The notes below the pieces were generated by a model. It saw only the letters and a program-made list of their open reading frames with translations, was not told the DNA's origin and did not search any database. A stretch of DNA of 63,060 nt, the filler included. It is 5 parts of 5 records of this genome, joined end to end, with 100 filler letters (N's around TTAATTAATTAA, not from the genome) between each part and the next. Parts side by side here need not be neighbours in the genome. Positions count along the whole stretch, not along the records: positions 1 to 17,230 come from SRR31156797_10223; 4 more parts are not named here. One strand, 5' to 3'. The position numbers and the translations under genes are program-made. Numbering within the stretch: the stretch's first letter is position 1; each line of letters begins with the position of its first letter. Shown here in pieces: positions 1-8,799 of this stretch.

Positions 1-23
1 GGCGGGCCAAGTCCCGCCCGTAC
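1..23. repeat. REP-like palindrome (GTAG/GTAC-type), truncated by window start
   Basis: Minus strand reads GTAC-GGGCGGGACTTGGCCCGCC: a tetranucleotide foot plus GC-rich hairpin, near a RAYT remnant. Confidence 0.55.
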
Positions 24-70
24 ATTCATTGGGAATCGGGATATATTTTTTGAATTAAAGGAGAAATAAT

Positions 71-481
71 ATGAAAAGAACGATCATCATTTCAATCCTC
101 CTTCTCTTCCTGCTATTATCTATCCCTGCCCCCGCCCAAGAAACAGAATTTGACGATCGCATCCTGGCCCCATCCGAGTGGATGTTCGGCGCCTGGGTGG
201 ATGCCACAGAGAACATCGGATTTGAGATCAGCGAAACCGACATCCGCATGCTCTTTACCAGCTATGGCGGCTTCCAGGAAATGGCGGATGGCTCAGACAG
301 GCAAGCCATTGTGGACGTCGATAGCGTTGCCGCGGACTATTACGCCTTTTTCTATCTTGTCCCCGCCGCTGGCATCGTCCAGCACTACGAATTCATCCAG
401 AAAAGCGAAAGCACGCTGGAATACACCCTGAAGCATGGGAAAGAAACCATGGTGGGACCGATTATTTTGACGAAAAAATAA
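71..481 (+). CDS. Hypothetical secreted protein
   Basis: AGGAG RBS; classic signal peptide MKRTIIISILLLFLLLSIPAPA; no recognisable domain. Confidence 0.7.
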   Translation: MKRTIIISILLLFLLLSIPAPAQETEFDDRILAPSEWMFGAWVDATENIGFEISETDIRMLFTSYGGFQEMADGSDRQAIVDVDSVAADYYAFFYLVPAAGIVQHYEFIQKSESTLEYTLKHGKETMVGPIILTKK

Positions 482-486
482 TTATC

Positions 487-518
487 TGTAGGGGCAGACC
501 TATGTGTCTGCCCCTACA
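487..518. repeat. GTAG-family REP palindrome
   Basis: Perfect 13-bp inverted repeat TGTAGGGGCAGAC-ctatgt-GTCTGCCCCTACA just downstream of the RAYT remnant. Confidence 0.8.
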
Positions 519-523
519 ATTAT

Positions 524-828
524 TTATTTATAATTTGTAGGATTATTCCGGATATATTCCCTTTTAATATCAATTTCAAAATCCCTTAAGATCCTATCAT
601 GAAATGATCCGGCATAATGACATATTCATCAATTTGAATATGATTATATCGATCAAATATCCATTTCCAGCGATCATCAATAATTTTCCCGATCTCACTT
701 AGGATAATTTTTCCATCCAATATGTTACAAAATGGATATTTGCGATTATTTGGCTCGATCGTTACAAAATATATCCCTGCCTTCGAATAATCATATCCTT
801 TCAATCTGATGATTTTCCGCTTTCTCAT
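524..828 (-). pseudogene. REP-associated tyrosine transposase (RAYT/TnpA-REP) with internal deletion
   Basis: N-terminus MRKRKIIRLKGYDYS..GIYFVTI..DEYVIMPDHF joins out of frame to the C-terminal motif SFHDRILRD..EYIRNNP; central part missing. Confidence 0.85.
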
Positions 829-976
829 ACACAATATTATGCCAATAATTTCAAAAATAAAAACCCATGAACGGAAAATGAGATCTGCATCACGAAAATA
901 AAGTTGACAATCCTCTTTTTTCTTTACAAATTGGCATATGTCATAAATATATAGAATAGAAGTAAAAAGGTCGGTT

Positions 977-1522
977 ATGAAAAAGCTAATTTTACCGGTT
1001 TTGATCCTTATCACATTTTTATTAACCGCATGTCTTCAGGATCCCTCACCCCGTTATGTTCCGGAAAGGGTTGTGGCTTACCTATATGGCAATAGCGGAT
1101 TGGACGAGATCCTTGAGTATGTTTACGCTATTGACGGTTTGAGCATACAGGGATCACACGGTATCAGATATATTACCGATCTGCCTGAAGACAGCACCGA
1201 TGCTCTTCGGACAGCTATGAGAAAAAAAGACTATTTCTGGTATTATACCACCACTGCGGGATATTTTGAGGGAGTATTGCGAGGAGCCGTAAACTTCAAT
1301 GACATGTCAGAAGAAGACAAGGACGATTGCCTGGCATTCTTTGAAAAATATCATATGCAGCGTGATACCACCGATACCTTCCTGAATTCTCTCTATCTGA
1401 AGGTCCCGTCCGGACTGGAACTCTATTGGGTTGAACTCTTATCACACGACGACTTCTTTTGGAACGTGGAAGTAGACTGGTACGGATCTTTCGATGAACG
1501 TTGCGTGAATGAATCGAAATAG
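977..1522 (+). CDS. Hypothetical lipoprotein
   Basis: Lipobox LTA-C after hydrophobic leader; 181 aa ORF. Confidence 0.7.
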   Translation: MKKLILPVLILITFLLTACLQDPSPRYVPERVVAYLYGNSGLDEILEYVYAIDGLSIQGSHGIRYITDLPEDSTDALRTAMRKKDYFWYYTTTAGYFEGVLRGAVNFNDMSEEDKDDCLAFFEKYHMQRDTTDTFLNSLYLKVPSGLELYWVELLSHDDFFWNVEVDWYGSFDERCVNESK

Positions 1523-1574
1523 CTTTAATAATCGGTGTATCAAAAATCCTTAATCCATAATTTTCTCGTCACTA

Positions 1575-1647
1575 CCAGTTACTAGTCACTAGTTACCAGT
1601 TACCGACCCCAGACCCCAGATCCCGGATCTGTGGCGCCCGTCACAGA
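1575..1647. repeat. Short 7-mer tandem repeats plus hairpin
   Basis: CYAGTYA x4, then GACCCCA/GATCCCG x3, then TCTGTGGCG-cc-CGTCACAGA stem. Confidence 0.7.
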
Positions 1648-1731
1648 ATATCGCTTGTAAACAATCTTATTTATCTATAAATTTTCCTCTTATTGAAGGA
1701 ATAAGCAATCAGTATAATATTAAAGAGAATC

Positions 1732-3213
1732 ATGCAAGAAAAACTCAAACTTTCCCAATTAGAACAATATTTATCTAAAGCAGCATGGATACTGAAGGGT
1801 CCTGTAGACGCCTCAGACTTTAAAGTATATATTTTCCCGCTTTTGTTTTTTAAACGTATTTCTGATGTCTATGATGAAGAGTATGCACTTGCTCTTGAGG
1901 AATCCGGTGGTGATAAGGAGTACGCTAACTTACCCGAATTCCATCGATTTATTATTCCTGAGGGATGCCATTGGAATGATGTTCGTGAGCAAACAACAAA
2001 TGTAGGTTTAGCGATTGAAAAAGCTTTACGCGGTATTGAACAATCAAATCAAAAATATTTATATGGCATTTTTGGTGATGCTCAATGGAGTAATAAGAAT
2101 AAACTTTCTGATCGTCTACTGGTTGATTTAATTGAGCACTTTTCACAATATGTTTTATCGAATAATAATGTTGATTCTGATTTATTAGGTAATTCTTACG
2201 AATATTTAATTAAACATTTTGCTGATTTAACCAATAAAAAAGCAGGTGAATTCTACACGCCGAGATCGGTAGTTCATTTGTTAGGTTTAATTCTTGATCC
2301 CCATGAAGGCGAAACAATTTATGATCCTGCCTGTGGAACCGGGGGCATGTTACTTGAAAGTGTTAATCATTTGCAGGATAAAAACGAAGATTATCGAACA
2401 CTCAAGCTTTTTGGTCAAGAAAAAAACCTAACCTCAAGCTCTATTGCTAGAATGAACATGTTTTTGCATGGAATCGAAGATTTTCAGATTATACGCGATG
2501 ATACATTAAGAAATCCTGCCTTTTTTGAAGCGGATGGATTAAAAACCTTCGATTGTGTGATTGCAAATCCACCTTTTTCACTCAAGGATTGGGGTGCCGA
2601 GAACTGGGCAAATGATCCATATGGACGGAATATTGCTGGTGTTCCTCCCAAAGGCAATGGTGATATGGCTTGGGTTCAGCATATGATCAAATCCATGAAT
2701 AGTACCGGGCGTATGACGGTAGTGCTCCCTCATGGTGCACTGTTTCGTAAAGGAGCCGAAGGTAAGATTAGAAAAGCCCTGTTAGAACAAGATTTGTTAG
2801 AAGCAGTAATTGGTTTAGGACAAAACATATTCTATGGCACTCAACTTGCCGCTTGCGTCATGGTGTTTAAACAAAATAAAAATGAAAACAAAAAAGGTAA
2901 AATATTATTTATTGATGCTTCCGATCAAATACGAGTCGGGAGAGCTCAGAATTTTTTAGAACCAGAACATGTTAAGCAAATATATGAGTGGTATCAAAAA
3001 TTTGATGATGTTGAAAATTATGCAAAAGTAGCAAATGTCGAAGATTTAAAAGAAAATGATTATAACCTAAATATTCCATTGTACGTTGAAAAAATAATTG
3101 AGGATAATTTACCCTCAGTTGAGGAAGCATTAAGTGACTTAAAAAATGCGTGGAATGCCTCTCTAAAAGCAGAAGAAAAATTCAAAGCGATATTGAAAGA
3201 TTTTATAAAATGA
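1732..3213 (+). CDS. hsdM: Type I R-M methyltransferase M1 (NPPF, predicted m6A)
   Basis: GEFYTP, DPACGTGG (motif I), NPPF (motif IV), HsdM N-terminal domain. Confidence 0.95.
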   Translation: MQEKLKLSQLEQYLSKAAWILKGPVDASDFKVYIFPLLFFKRISDVYDEEYALALEESGGDKEYANLPEFHRFIIPEGCHWNDVREQTTNVGLAIEKALRGIEQSNQKYLYGIFGDAQWSNKNKLSDRLLVDLIEHFSQYVLSNNNVDSDLLGNSYEYLIKHFADLTNKKAGEFYTPRSVVHLLGLILDPHEGETIYDPACGTGGMLLESVNHLQDKNEDYRTLKLFGQEKNLTSSSIARMNMFLHGIEDFQIIRDDTLRNPAFFEADGLKTFDCVIANPPFSLKDWGAENWANDPYGRNIAGVPPKGNGDMAWVQHMIKSMNSTGRMTVVLPHGALFRKGAEGKIRKALLEQDLLEAVIGLGQNIFYGTQLAACVMVFKQNKNENKKGKILFIDASDQIRVGRAQNFLEPEHVKQIYEWYQKFDDVENYAKVANVEDLKENDYNLNIPLYVEKIIEDNLPSVEEALSDLKNAWNASLKAEEKFKAILKDFIK

Positions 3214-4673
3214 CCCAAAAAGAACTCGAAAAATATCTCTGGGGGGCAGCAACTGCTCTCCGTGGAACGATCGATGCGGGAGATTACAAGCAGTACATCT
3301 TTCCATTACTCTTCTTTAAGCGAATTTGCGATGTCTACGACGAGGAGTACGCCAAGGCTCTTGAAGAGAGTGACGGCGATATCGAATACGCTGAGTTTGC
3401 CGAAAACCATCACTTCCAGGTACCCAAGGGCTCTCATTGGAGCGATGTGCGTGAAACTACCGTGAATGTGGGAATGGCGCTGCAGGAAGCGATGCGAGAG
3501 ATTGAGAAAGCCAACCCGGGAACGCTCTACGGTATCTTTGGTGATGCAAGCTGGACCAATAAAGATCGCCTCTCCGACGAGACACTCACCAATCTCATAG
3601 AACACTACTCACAACACAAGCTCGACCTGGCTACAGTTCCCGATGATCAACTGGGCAATGCCTACGAGTATCTCATTAAAGAGTTTGCCGATGACAGCGG
3701 CCACACGGCAGCGGAGTTCTACACCAACCGCACCGTGGTAAAACTGATGACGATGATTATGGACCCTCAGCCGGGTGAATCGGTGTATGATCCCACATGT
3801 GGTTCTGGTGGGCTCCTGCTTAACTGTGCTCTTCACCTCAAAGAAGAGGGCAAAGAATACCGTACTCTAAAGCTCTACGGACAGGAGATTAACCTGATAA
3901 CCTCGGCTATTGCCCGAATGAATATGTTCATGCACGGTATTGAGGAGTTCTCTATTATCCGTGGTGATACCTTGGCACAGCCTGCCTTTCTGGAAAACGA
4001 TGAGTTGAAAAAGTTCAATGTGATTCTTGCTAACCCCCCTTACTCTATTAGTCAATGGGATAACAAGTCCTTTGAAAGCGACCCTTGGGGACGAAATATG
4101 TGGGGGAATCCTCCAGCAGGTTGTGCTGATTATGCGTTTCAACAGCATATTCATAAAAGTTTGGATGAGGAAAATGGAAGATCTGCAATACTTTGGCCAC
4201 ACGGAATTTTATTCCGTGAAATGGAAAAGAAAATGCGTGAAGAAATGATTAAAACAAATACTGTTGAGTGTGTTATTGGTCTTGGGGCAAATCTTTTCTA
4301 CAATTCTCCTATGGAAGCTTCAATTCTTGTGTGTAACAATAACAAAAAAGCAGATAGAAAAGGTAAAATTCTTTTCATAGATGCACTAAATGAAGTTAAA
4401 AGGGAAAAAACTAATTCTTACTTAACAGAGAAGCATATTAACAAAATTTATGAGGCTTACCTTAACTTTAGTGAAGTTAAAGACTTTTCTACGATAATGA
4501 CTATAGATGAAGTTTTAGGAAAGAATTCTAATTTAAAAGTGTCAAAGTATATCCGGTCATCAAAAATGCCCGATAGAGACTCTTCTACATTCAAAGAGCT
4601 CTACGATAACTTCATAAGCTCCGGGGAAGAACTAAAAAGTAATATGTCAAATTTATTTAAGGAGTTGAAATAA
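3210..4673 (+). CDS. hsdM: Type I R-M methyltransferase M2 (NPPY, predicted m4C)
   Basis: AEFYTN, DPTCGSGG, NPPY; ATGA overlap with the M1 stop; clear paralogue of M1. Confidence 0.93.
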   Translation: MTQKELEKYLWGAATALRGTIDAGDYKQYIFPLLFFKRICDVYDEEYAKALEESDGDIEYAEFAENHHFQVPKGSHWSDVRETTVNVGMALQEAMREIEKANPGTLYGIFGDASWTNKDRLSDETLTNLIEHYSQHKLDLATVPDDQLGNAYEYLIKEFADDSGHTAAEFYTNRTVVKLMTMIMDPQPGESVYDPTCGSGGLLLNCALHLKEEGKEYRTLKLYGQEINLITSAIARMNMFMHGIEEFSIIRGDTLAQPAFLENDELKKFNVILANPPYSISQWDNKSFESDPWGRNMWGNPPAGCADYAFQQHIHKSLDEENGRSAILWPHGILFREMEKKMREEMIKTNTVECVIGLGANLFYNSPMEASILVCNNNKKADRKGKILFIDALNEVKREKTNSYLTEKHINKIYEAYLNFSEVKDFSTIMTIDEVLGKNSNLKVSKYIRSSKMPDRDSSTFKELYDNFISSGEELKSNMSNLFKELK

Positions 4674-5794
4674 TGAAACTGTCTTTAGATAAATCAAATT
4701 GGCAAAAAGTTCTTTTTGGTGATGTGGTTAAAAAAGTAACTAATAAAGTTGCTCCATTTGAGTATAACTCTGATATCGTTGTAGAAGGTGGACACATCAA
4801 TAAACGGGATTTTCATATTCGTGACTATGAAAATAAAAACGAATTAGGATACCTTGGCCCAGCATTTCATATGGGGTTTAAAAAGAGGCAGATACTTTAT
4901 GTATCAAGAAATCCCCATTTAATGAAAGTCGGTTATCCAGATTTTGATGGTATATGTTCGAATACCACATTCATTATGGAGACTATAAACGAAGAGGTAT
5001 TACGAAATGATTTAATACCTTTTCTGATGCATTCAGATACCTTTATAGAACAATCTGTTAGTAATGTCCGAGGAGGGGTTAATCCGTATGTGAACTGGGG
5101 TGATTTAGCCTGCATAGAATTCCTCCTTCCCCCGAAAGAGCAGCAAGCGGAACTGGCGGAACTGTTCTGGTCGATGGATGAGGTGATTGAGAAAGAGTTG
5201 ACGGTGTTGGAGAGTTTGAAAGTTTCACGAGAAGCAACTTTCGAAGAACTCGTTGAAGAATCTCAAGGAAAAATGACTCCTTTATCAAAAATACTGGTAC
5301 CAAAAAAAAGTAAAAGTGCAGTACCACATCATCGAAAAAAGTACATCGGTTTAGAACATATTACTTCTGGTAGTTTCAACTGTACTGAATATGGAAATAC
5401 AGAAGATGTTCAAGCTCAATGTAATATTGTCGATACTGGTGATTTGTGTTATAGCAAATTGAGACCGTATTTGGACAAAGCCTTTATTGCGTCATTTGAT
5501 GCCGTCTCAACTACAGAATTACTAATTTATGATACGAAAGATGTGTCAAAAGATTACTTGCTGTATCACCTCCATAGCAAACCTTTTGTTGATTATGTAT
5601 CAGGAAAAGGCTTTGGTACAAAGATGCCAAGGGTTAGTCATAAAATTATTGGTGAATATCAGGTTAAAATTGTAAAAAATGAAACTGATATTCTTAATAG
5701 TATGCAAAAGATTATGCTCGCAGATTATCAGTTAAGAGAAAAGCTTGCTTCATCAAAATCTCTCCAAAAATCCCTCATCAACCAGGTATTCTAA
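4673..5794 (+). CDS. hsdS: Type I R-M specificity subunit
   Basis: Two TRD-like halves separated by LPPKEQQAELA coil; TAATG overlap with M2; lies between hsdM and hsdR. Confidence 0.9.
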   Translation: MKLSLDKSNWQKVLFGDVVKKVTNKVAPFEYNSDIVVEGGHINKRDFHIRDYENKNELGYLGPAFHMGFKKRQILYVSRNPHLMKVGYPDFDGICSNTTFIMETINEEVLRNDLIPFLMHSDTFIEQSVSNVRGGVNPYVNWGDLACIEFLLPPKEQQAELAELFWSMDEVIEKELTVLESLKVSREATFEELVEESQGKMTPLSKILVPKKSKSAVPHHRKKYIGLEHITSGSFNCTEYGNTEDVQAQCNIVDTGDLCYSKLRPYLDKAFIASFDAVSTTELLIYDTKDVSKDYLLYHLHSKPFVDYVSGKGFGTKMPRVSHKIIGEYQVKIVKNETDILNSMQKIMLADYQLREKLASSKSLQKSLINQVF

Positions 5795-5795
5795 T

Positions 5796-8765
5796 ATGTC
5801 ATTTACCGAACTCAATAGCGTAGAGCACTACATCGTTCATCAGCTCACCGGTGTCAATCTCAATGAGACTAATGCCATGGCAGAACCACCTGCCACCTAT
5901 GGAGCAGCGTGGAAATATATCTCGGCCTCTGATCTGGACCGCGGTGTCAATGAGGTGCTTGTAGAGAGCACACTCAAAGCAGCGTTAATACGGCTCAACC
6001 CGGAGATAGCCGCAAAGCCCGAGCTTGCCGATGAAGTTATCTATAAACTTCGTGCTATTCTTATTTCGGTACAACAGACTGGTTTGGTGCGAGCCAACGA
6101 GGAGTTTTTCCTCTGGCTCTCTGGCGAAAAGACAATGCCCTTTGGGGAGAACAACTCACACCGTTCCGTACGTCTTATCGACTTTGATGATATTACTAAT
6201 AACGACTATGTGGTGACCAATCAGTTTCGCATTCACCACCGAGAGACAAAAATTCCCGATGTGGTGATGCTCATTAACGGTATTCCCGTGGTGGTGGGTG
6301 AGGCAAAAACACCTATTCGCCCTTCAGTCTCATGGCTAGATGGCGCGCATGAAATTCATGATATTTATGAAAACAACGTTCCACAATTATTTGTGCCCAA
6401 TATTTTATCTTTTGCTACCGAAGGGAAAGAGTTTTATTACGGCGCTGTAAGAACTGCATTAGAATTTTGGTCACCTTGGCGTCTTGAGAATGATGAAGAG
6501 GCGTTTTCTAAGAAACTGGGGTTAGCTGAAATTGGGAATGAAATGTCTGATTTGCTAAGTCCGGTCCGCTTATTGGATATTCTTCAGAATTTCTCTCTTT
6601 ATTCCAGCGATAAGAAAAAACGAAGAGTAAAAATTATTCCTCGTTTCCAACAATATGAAGGAGCTAATAAAATTGTTGAAAGAGTGATCAATGGGCATGT
6701 TAAAAAAGGATTAATCTGGCATTTTCAGGGATCTGGTAAATCTTTTTTAATGGTGTTTGCTGCTCAAAAATTGAGACGAGCAACAGAATTAAAAAGTCCA
6801 ACAGTAATTATTCTAGTTGATCGCACAGATCTCGATACCCAAATTTCTGGCACCTTTAATGCCGCAGATGTAGCGAATGTTGAAACCACTGATAGCATTA
6901 AACAACTTCAGCATTTGCTGGAACGTGATACACGCAAGATTATAATTTCCATGATTCACAAATTTAAAGATGCGCAGCCGAAAATGAATACACGGGATAA
7001 TATCATTGTTTTGGTTGATGAAGCGCATCGAACACAAGAAGGTGATTTGGGTCGACAAATGCGCGCTTCCCTGCCGAACGCATTCTTGTTTGGCTTAACT
7101 GGAACACCCGTAAATAAGGCTGACAAAAATACATTTTGGGCCTTTGGGGCATCAGAAGATCAGGGTGGATATATGTCACGCTATACGTTTCAGGATTCTA
7201 TCCGTGATGATGCCACCTTACCTTTGCACTTTGAACCACGCTTGGTAGATGTTCACGTTGATAAACGAACCATTGATAAAGCAATGGAAGAGTTTAAAGA
7301 AAGTGCAGCCTTATCTGATGAAGAAGCAGATGCCCTGAGTAAAAAATCAGCAAAAATGGCTGCTTTTTTGAAATCACCAGAACGTGTAGCTAAAATTGTT
7401 AAGGATATAGCGAATCATTTTAGTGAAAAAGTTGCTCCCCATGGTTTTAAAGCCATGATTGTCACGCCAGATCGCTTTGCTTGCGTTCAGTACAAAGAAG
7501 AGTTAGATAAATATTTTCCCGAAGTAGCCAGCACGATTGTGATGACCACTTCCGCAAATGATGAATTTGAATTCAAACAAAAATGGGGAATAGATAAAAG
7601 CAAACAAGAACAAATTATTGATGAATTTAATGACCCACAATCTGAGTTAAAATTCATAATTGTTACAGCAAAACTATTAACAGGTTTTGATTCGCCGATT
7701 TTACAAACCATGTATCTTGATAAATCAATAAAAGATCATACTTTGCTCCAGGCTATCTGTCGTACAAATAGAAAGTACAAGAATAAATCTTTTGGTCGCA
7801 TTGTTGATTACTTCGGTGTTTTTGATGATGCCGCAAAAGCACTTGAATTTGATGAAGAAAGCATAAAGACAGTCATTTCAAATCTTTCAGAACTACGTGA
7901 AAAGCTTCCAGAGGCTATGAAAGATGCCTTGAATCATTTTATTGGCGTCGATAGAAGTATTAGCGGTTTTGAAGGTTTAGAAAAAGCCCAAGAAGCTATC
8001 AAAACAGACGAACAAAAAGATGCCTTTGCTAAGGATTATAAATATTTATCTAAACTATGGGAATCACTATCACCAGATCCTATTTTAAATTTATTTAATG
8101 AGGATTATAAATGGTTATCACAGGTATTTGAATCTGTAAAACCTGCCTCAGATAATATTGGAAAGTTGTTGTGGTTCTCATTGGGAGCACAAACCACCAA
8201 ACTCATTCATGAAAACATTCATGTAGGAGATGTTCATCAATTGGATGAATTTGTTTTGGATGCAGATGTAATTGAGGATATCTTCAATAATCCTGATCCG
8301 AAAAATGCAAATAAATTACAGAAACTCCTCATTAAGCGTTTTAGAAAACATGGCAAAAATCCAAGATTTATTAAACTAAGTGAACGTCTTGAAAAATTAC
8401 GAGATAAAGCTGAGCAAGGGCTCATTACATCCATCGAATTCATAAAAGAACTTTGCAAATTAGCAAAAGAAACCGTTCAAGCCGAAAAAGAACTAGAAGA
8501 AGCCATACAGGATAAATCTCCCAAAACTGCACTTACTGAATTATTTCTTGAACTTAAAACCGATCAAACACCAGCTGTGGTTGAACGCATTGTTAACGAT
8601 ATTGATTCGATCGTACGAATAGTAAGATTTCCCGGTTGGCAAAATACAAATTCCGGAGAACGCGAAGTTCAAAAATCACTCCGTAAAGCTCTATTAAAAT
8701 ATAAATTACACAAAGACCAAAATCTGTTTGATAGAGCGTATGCATATATCAAAGAGTATTATTAA
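5796..8765 (+). CDS. hsdR: Type I R-M restriction subunit
   Basis: PDVV..INGIP..GEAK nuclease motif, QGSGKS Walker A, DEAH, GLTGTP, LTGFD, QAICRTNR. Confidence 0.95.
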   Translation: MSFTELNSVEHYIVHQLTGVNLNETNAMAEPPATYGAAWKYISASDLDRGVNEVLVESTLKAALIRLNPEIAAKPELADEVIYKLRAILISVQQTGLVRANEEFFLWLSGEKTMPFGENNSHRSVRLIDFDDITNNDYVVTNQFRIHHRETKIPDVVMLINGIPVVVGEAKTPIRPSVSWLDGAHEIHDIYENNVPQLFVPNILSFATEGKEFYYGAVRTALEFWSPWRLENDEEAFSKKLGLAEIGNEMSDLLSPVRLLDILQNFSLYSSDKKKRRVKIIPRFQQYEGANKIVERVINGHVKKGLIWHFQGSGKSFLMVFAAQKLRRATELKSPTVIILVDRTDLDTQISGTFNAADVANVETTDSIKQLQHLLERDTRKIIISMIHKFKDAQPKMNTRDNIIVLVDEAHRTQEGDLGRQMRASLPNAFLFGLTGTPVNKADKNTFWAFGASEDQGGYMSRYTFQDSIRDDATLPLHFEPRLVDVHVDKRTIDKAMEEFKESAALSDEEADALSKKSAKMAAFLKSPERVAKIVKDIANHFSEKVAPHGFKAMIVTPDRFACVQYKEELDKYFPEVASTIVMTTSANDEFEFKQKWGIDKSKQEQIIDEFNDPQSELKFIIVTAKLLTGFDSPILQTMYLDKSIKDHTLLQAICRTNRKYKNKSFGRIVDYFGVFDDAAKALEFDEESIKTVISNLSELREKLPEAMKDALNHFIGVDRSISGFEGLEKAQEAIKTDEQKDAFAKDYKYLSKLWESLSPDPILNLFNEDYKWLSQVFESVKPASDNIGKLLWFSLGAQTTKLIHENIHVGDVHQLDEFVLDADVIEDIFNNPDPKNANKLQKLLIKRFRKHGKNPRFIKLSERLEKLRDKAEQGLITSIEFIKELCKLAKETVQAEKELEEAIQDKSPKTALTELFLELKTDQTPAVVERIVNDIDSIVRIVRFPGWQNTNSGEREVQKSLRKALLKYKLHKDQNLFDRAYAYIKEYY

Positions 8766-8799
8766 ACTAATAAATTATCAATAACATACGGGCTAATTT

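Noticed and set aside
829-1014. N-terminal extension of the 142-aa ORF 586..1014
   Set aside because: RAYT similarity starts at Met 828; the extension overlaps the divergent lipoprotein start and its promoter region.
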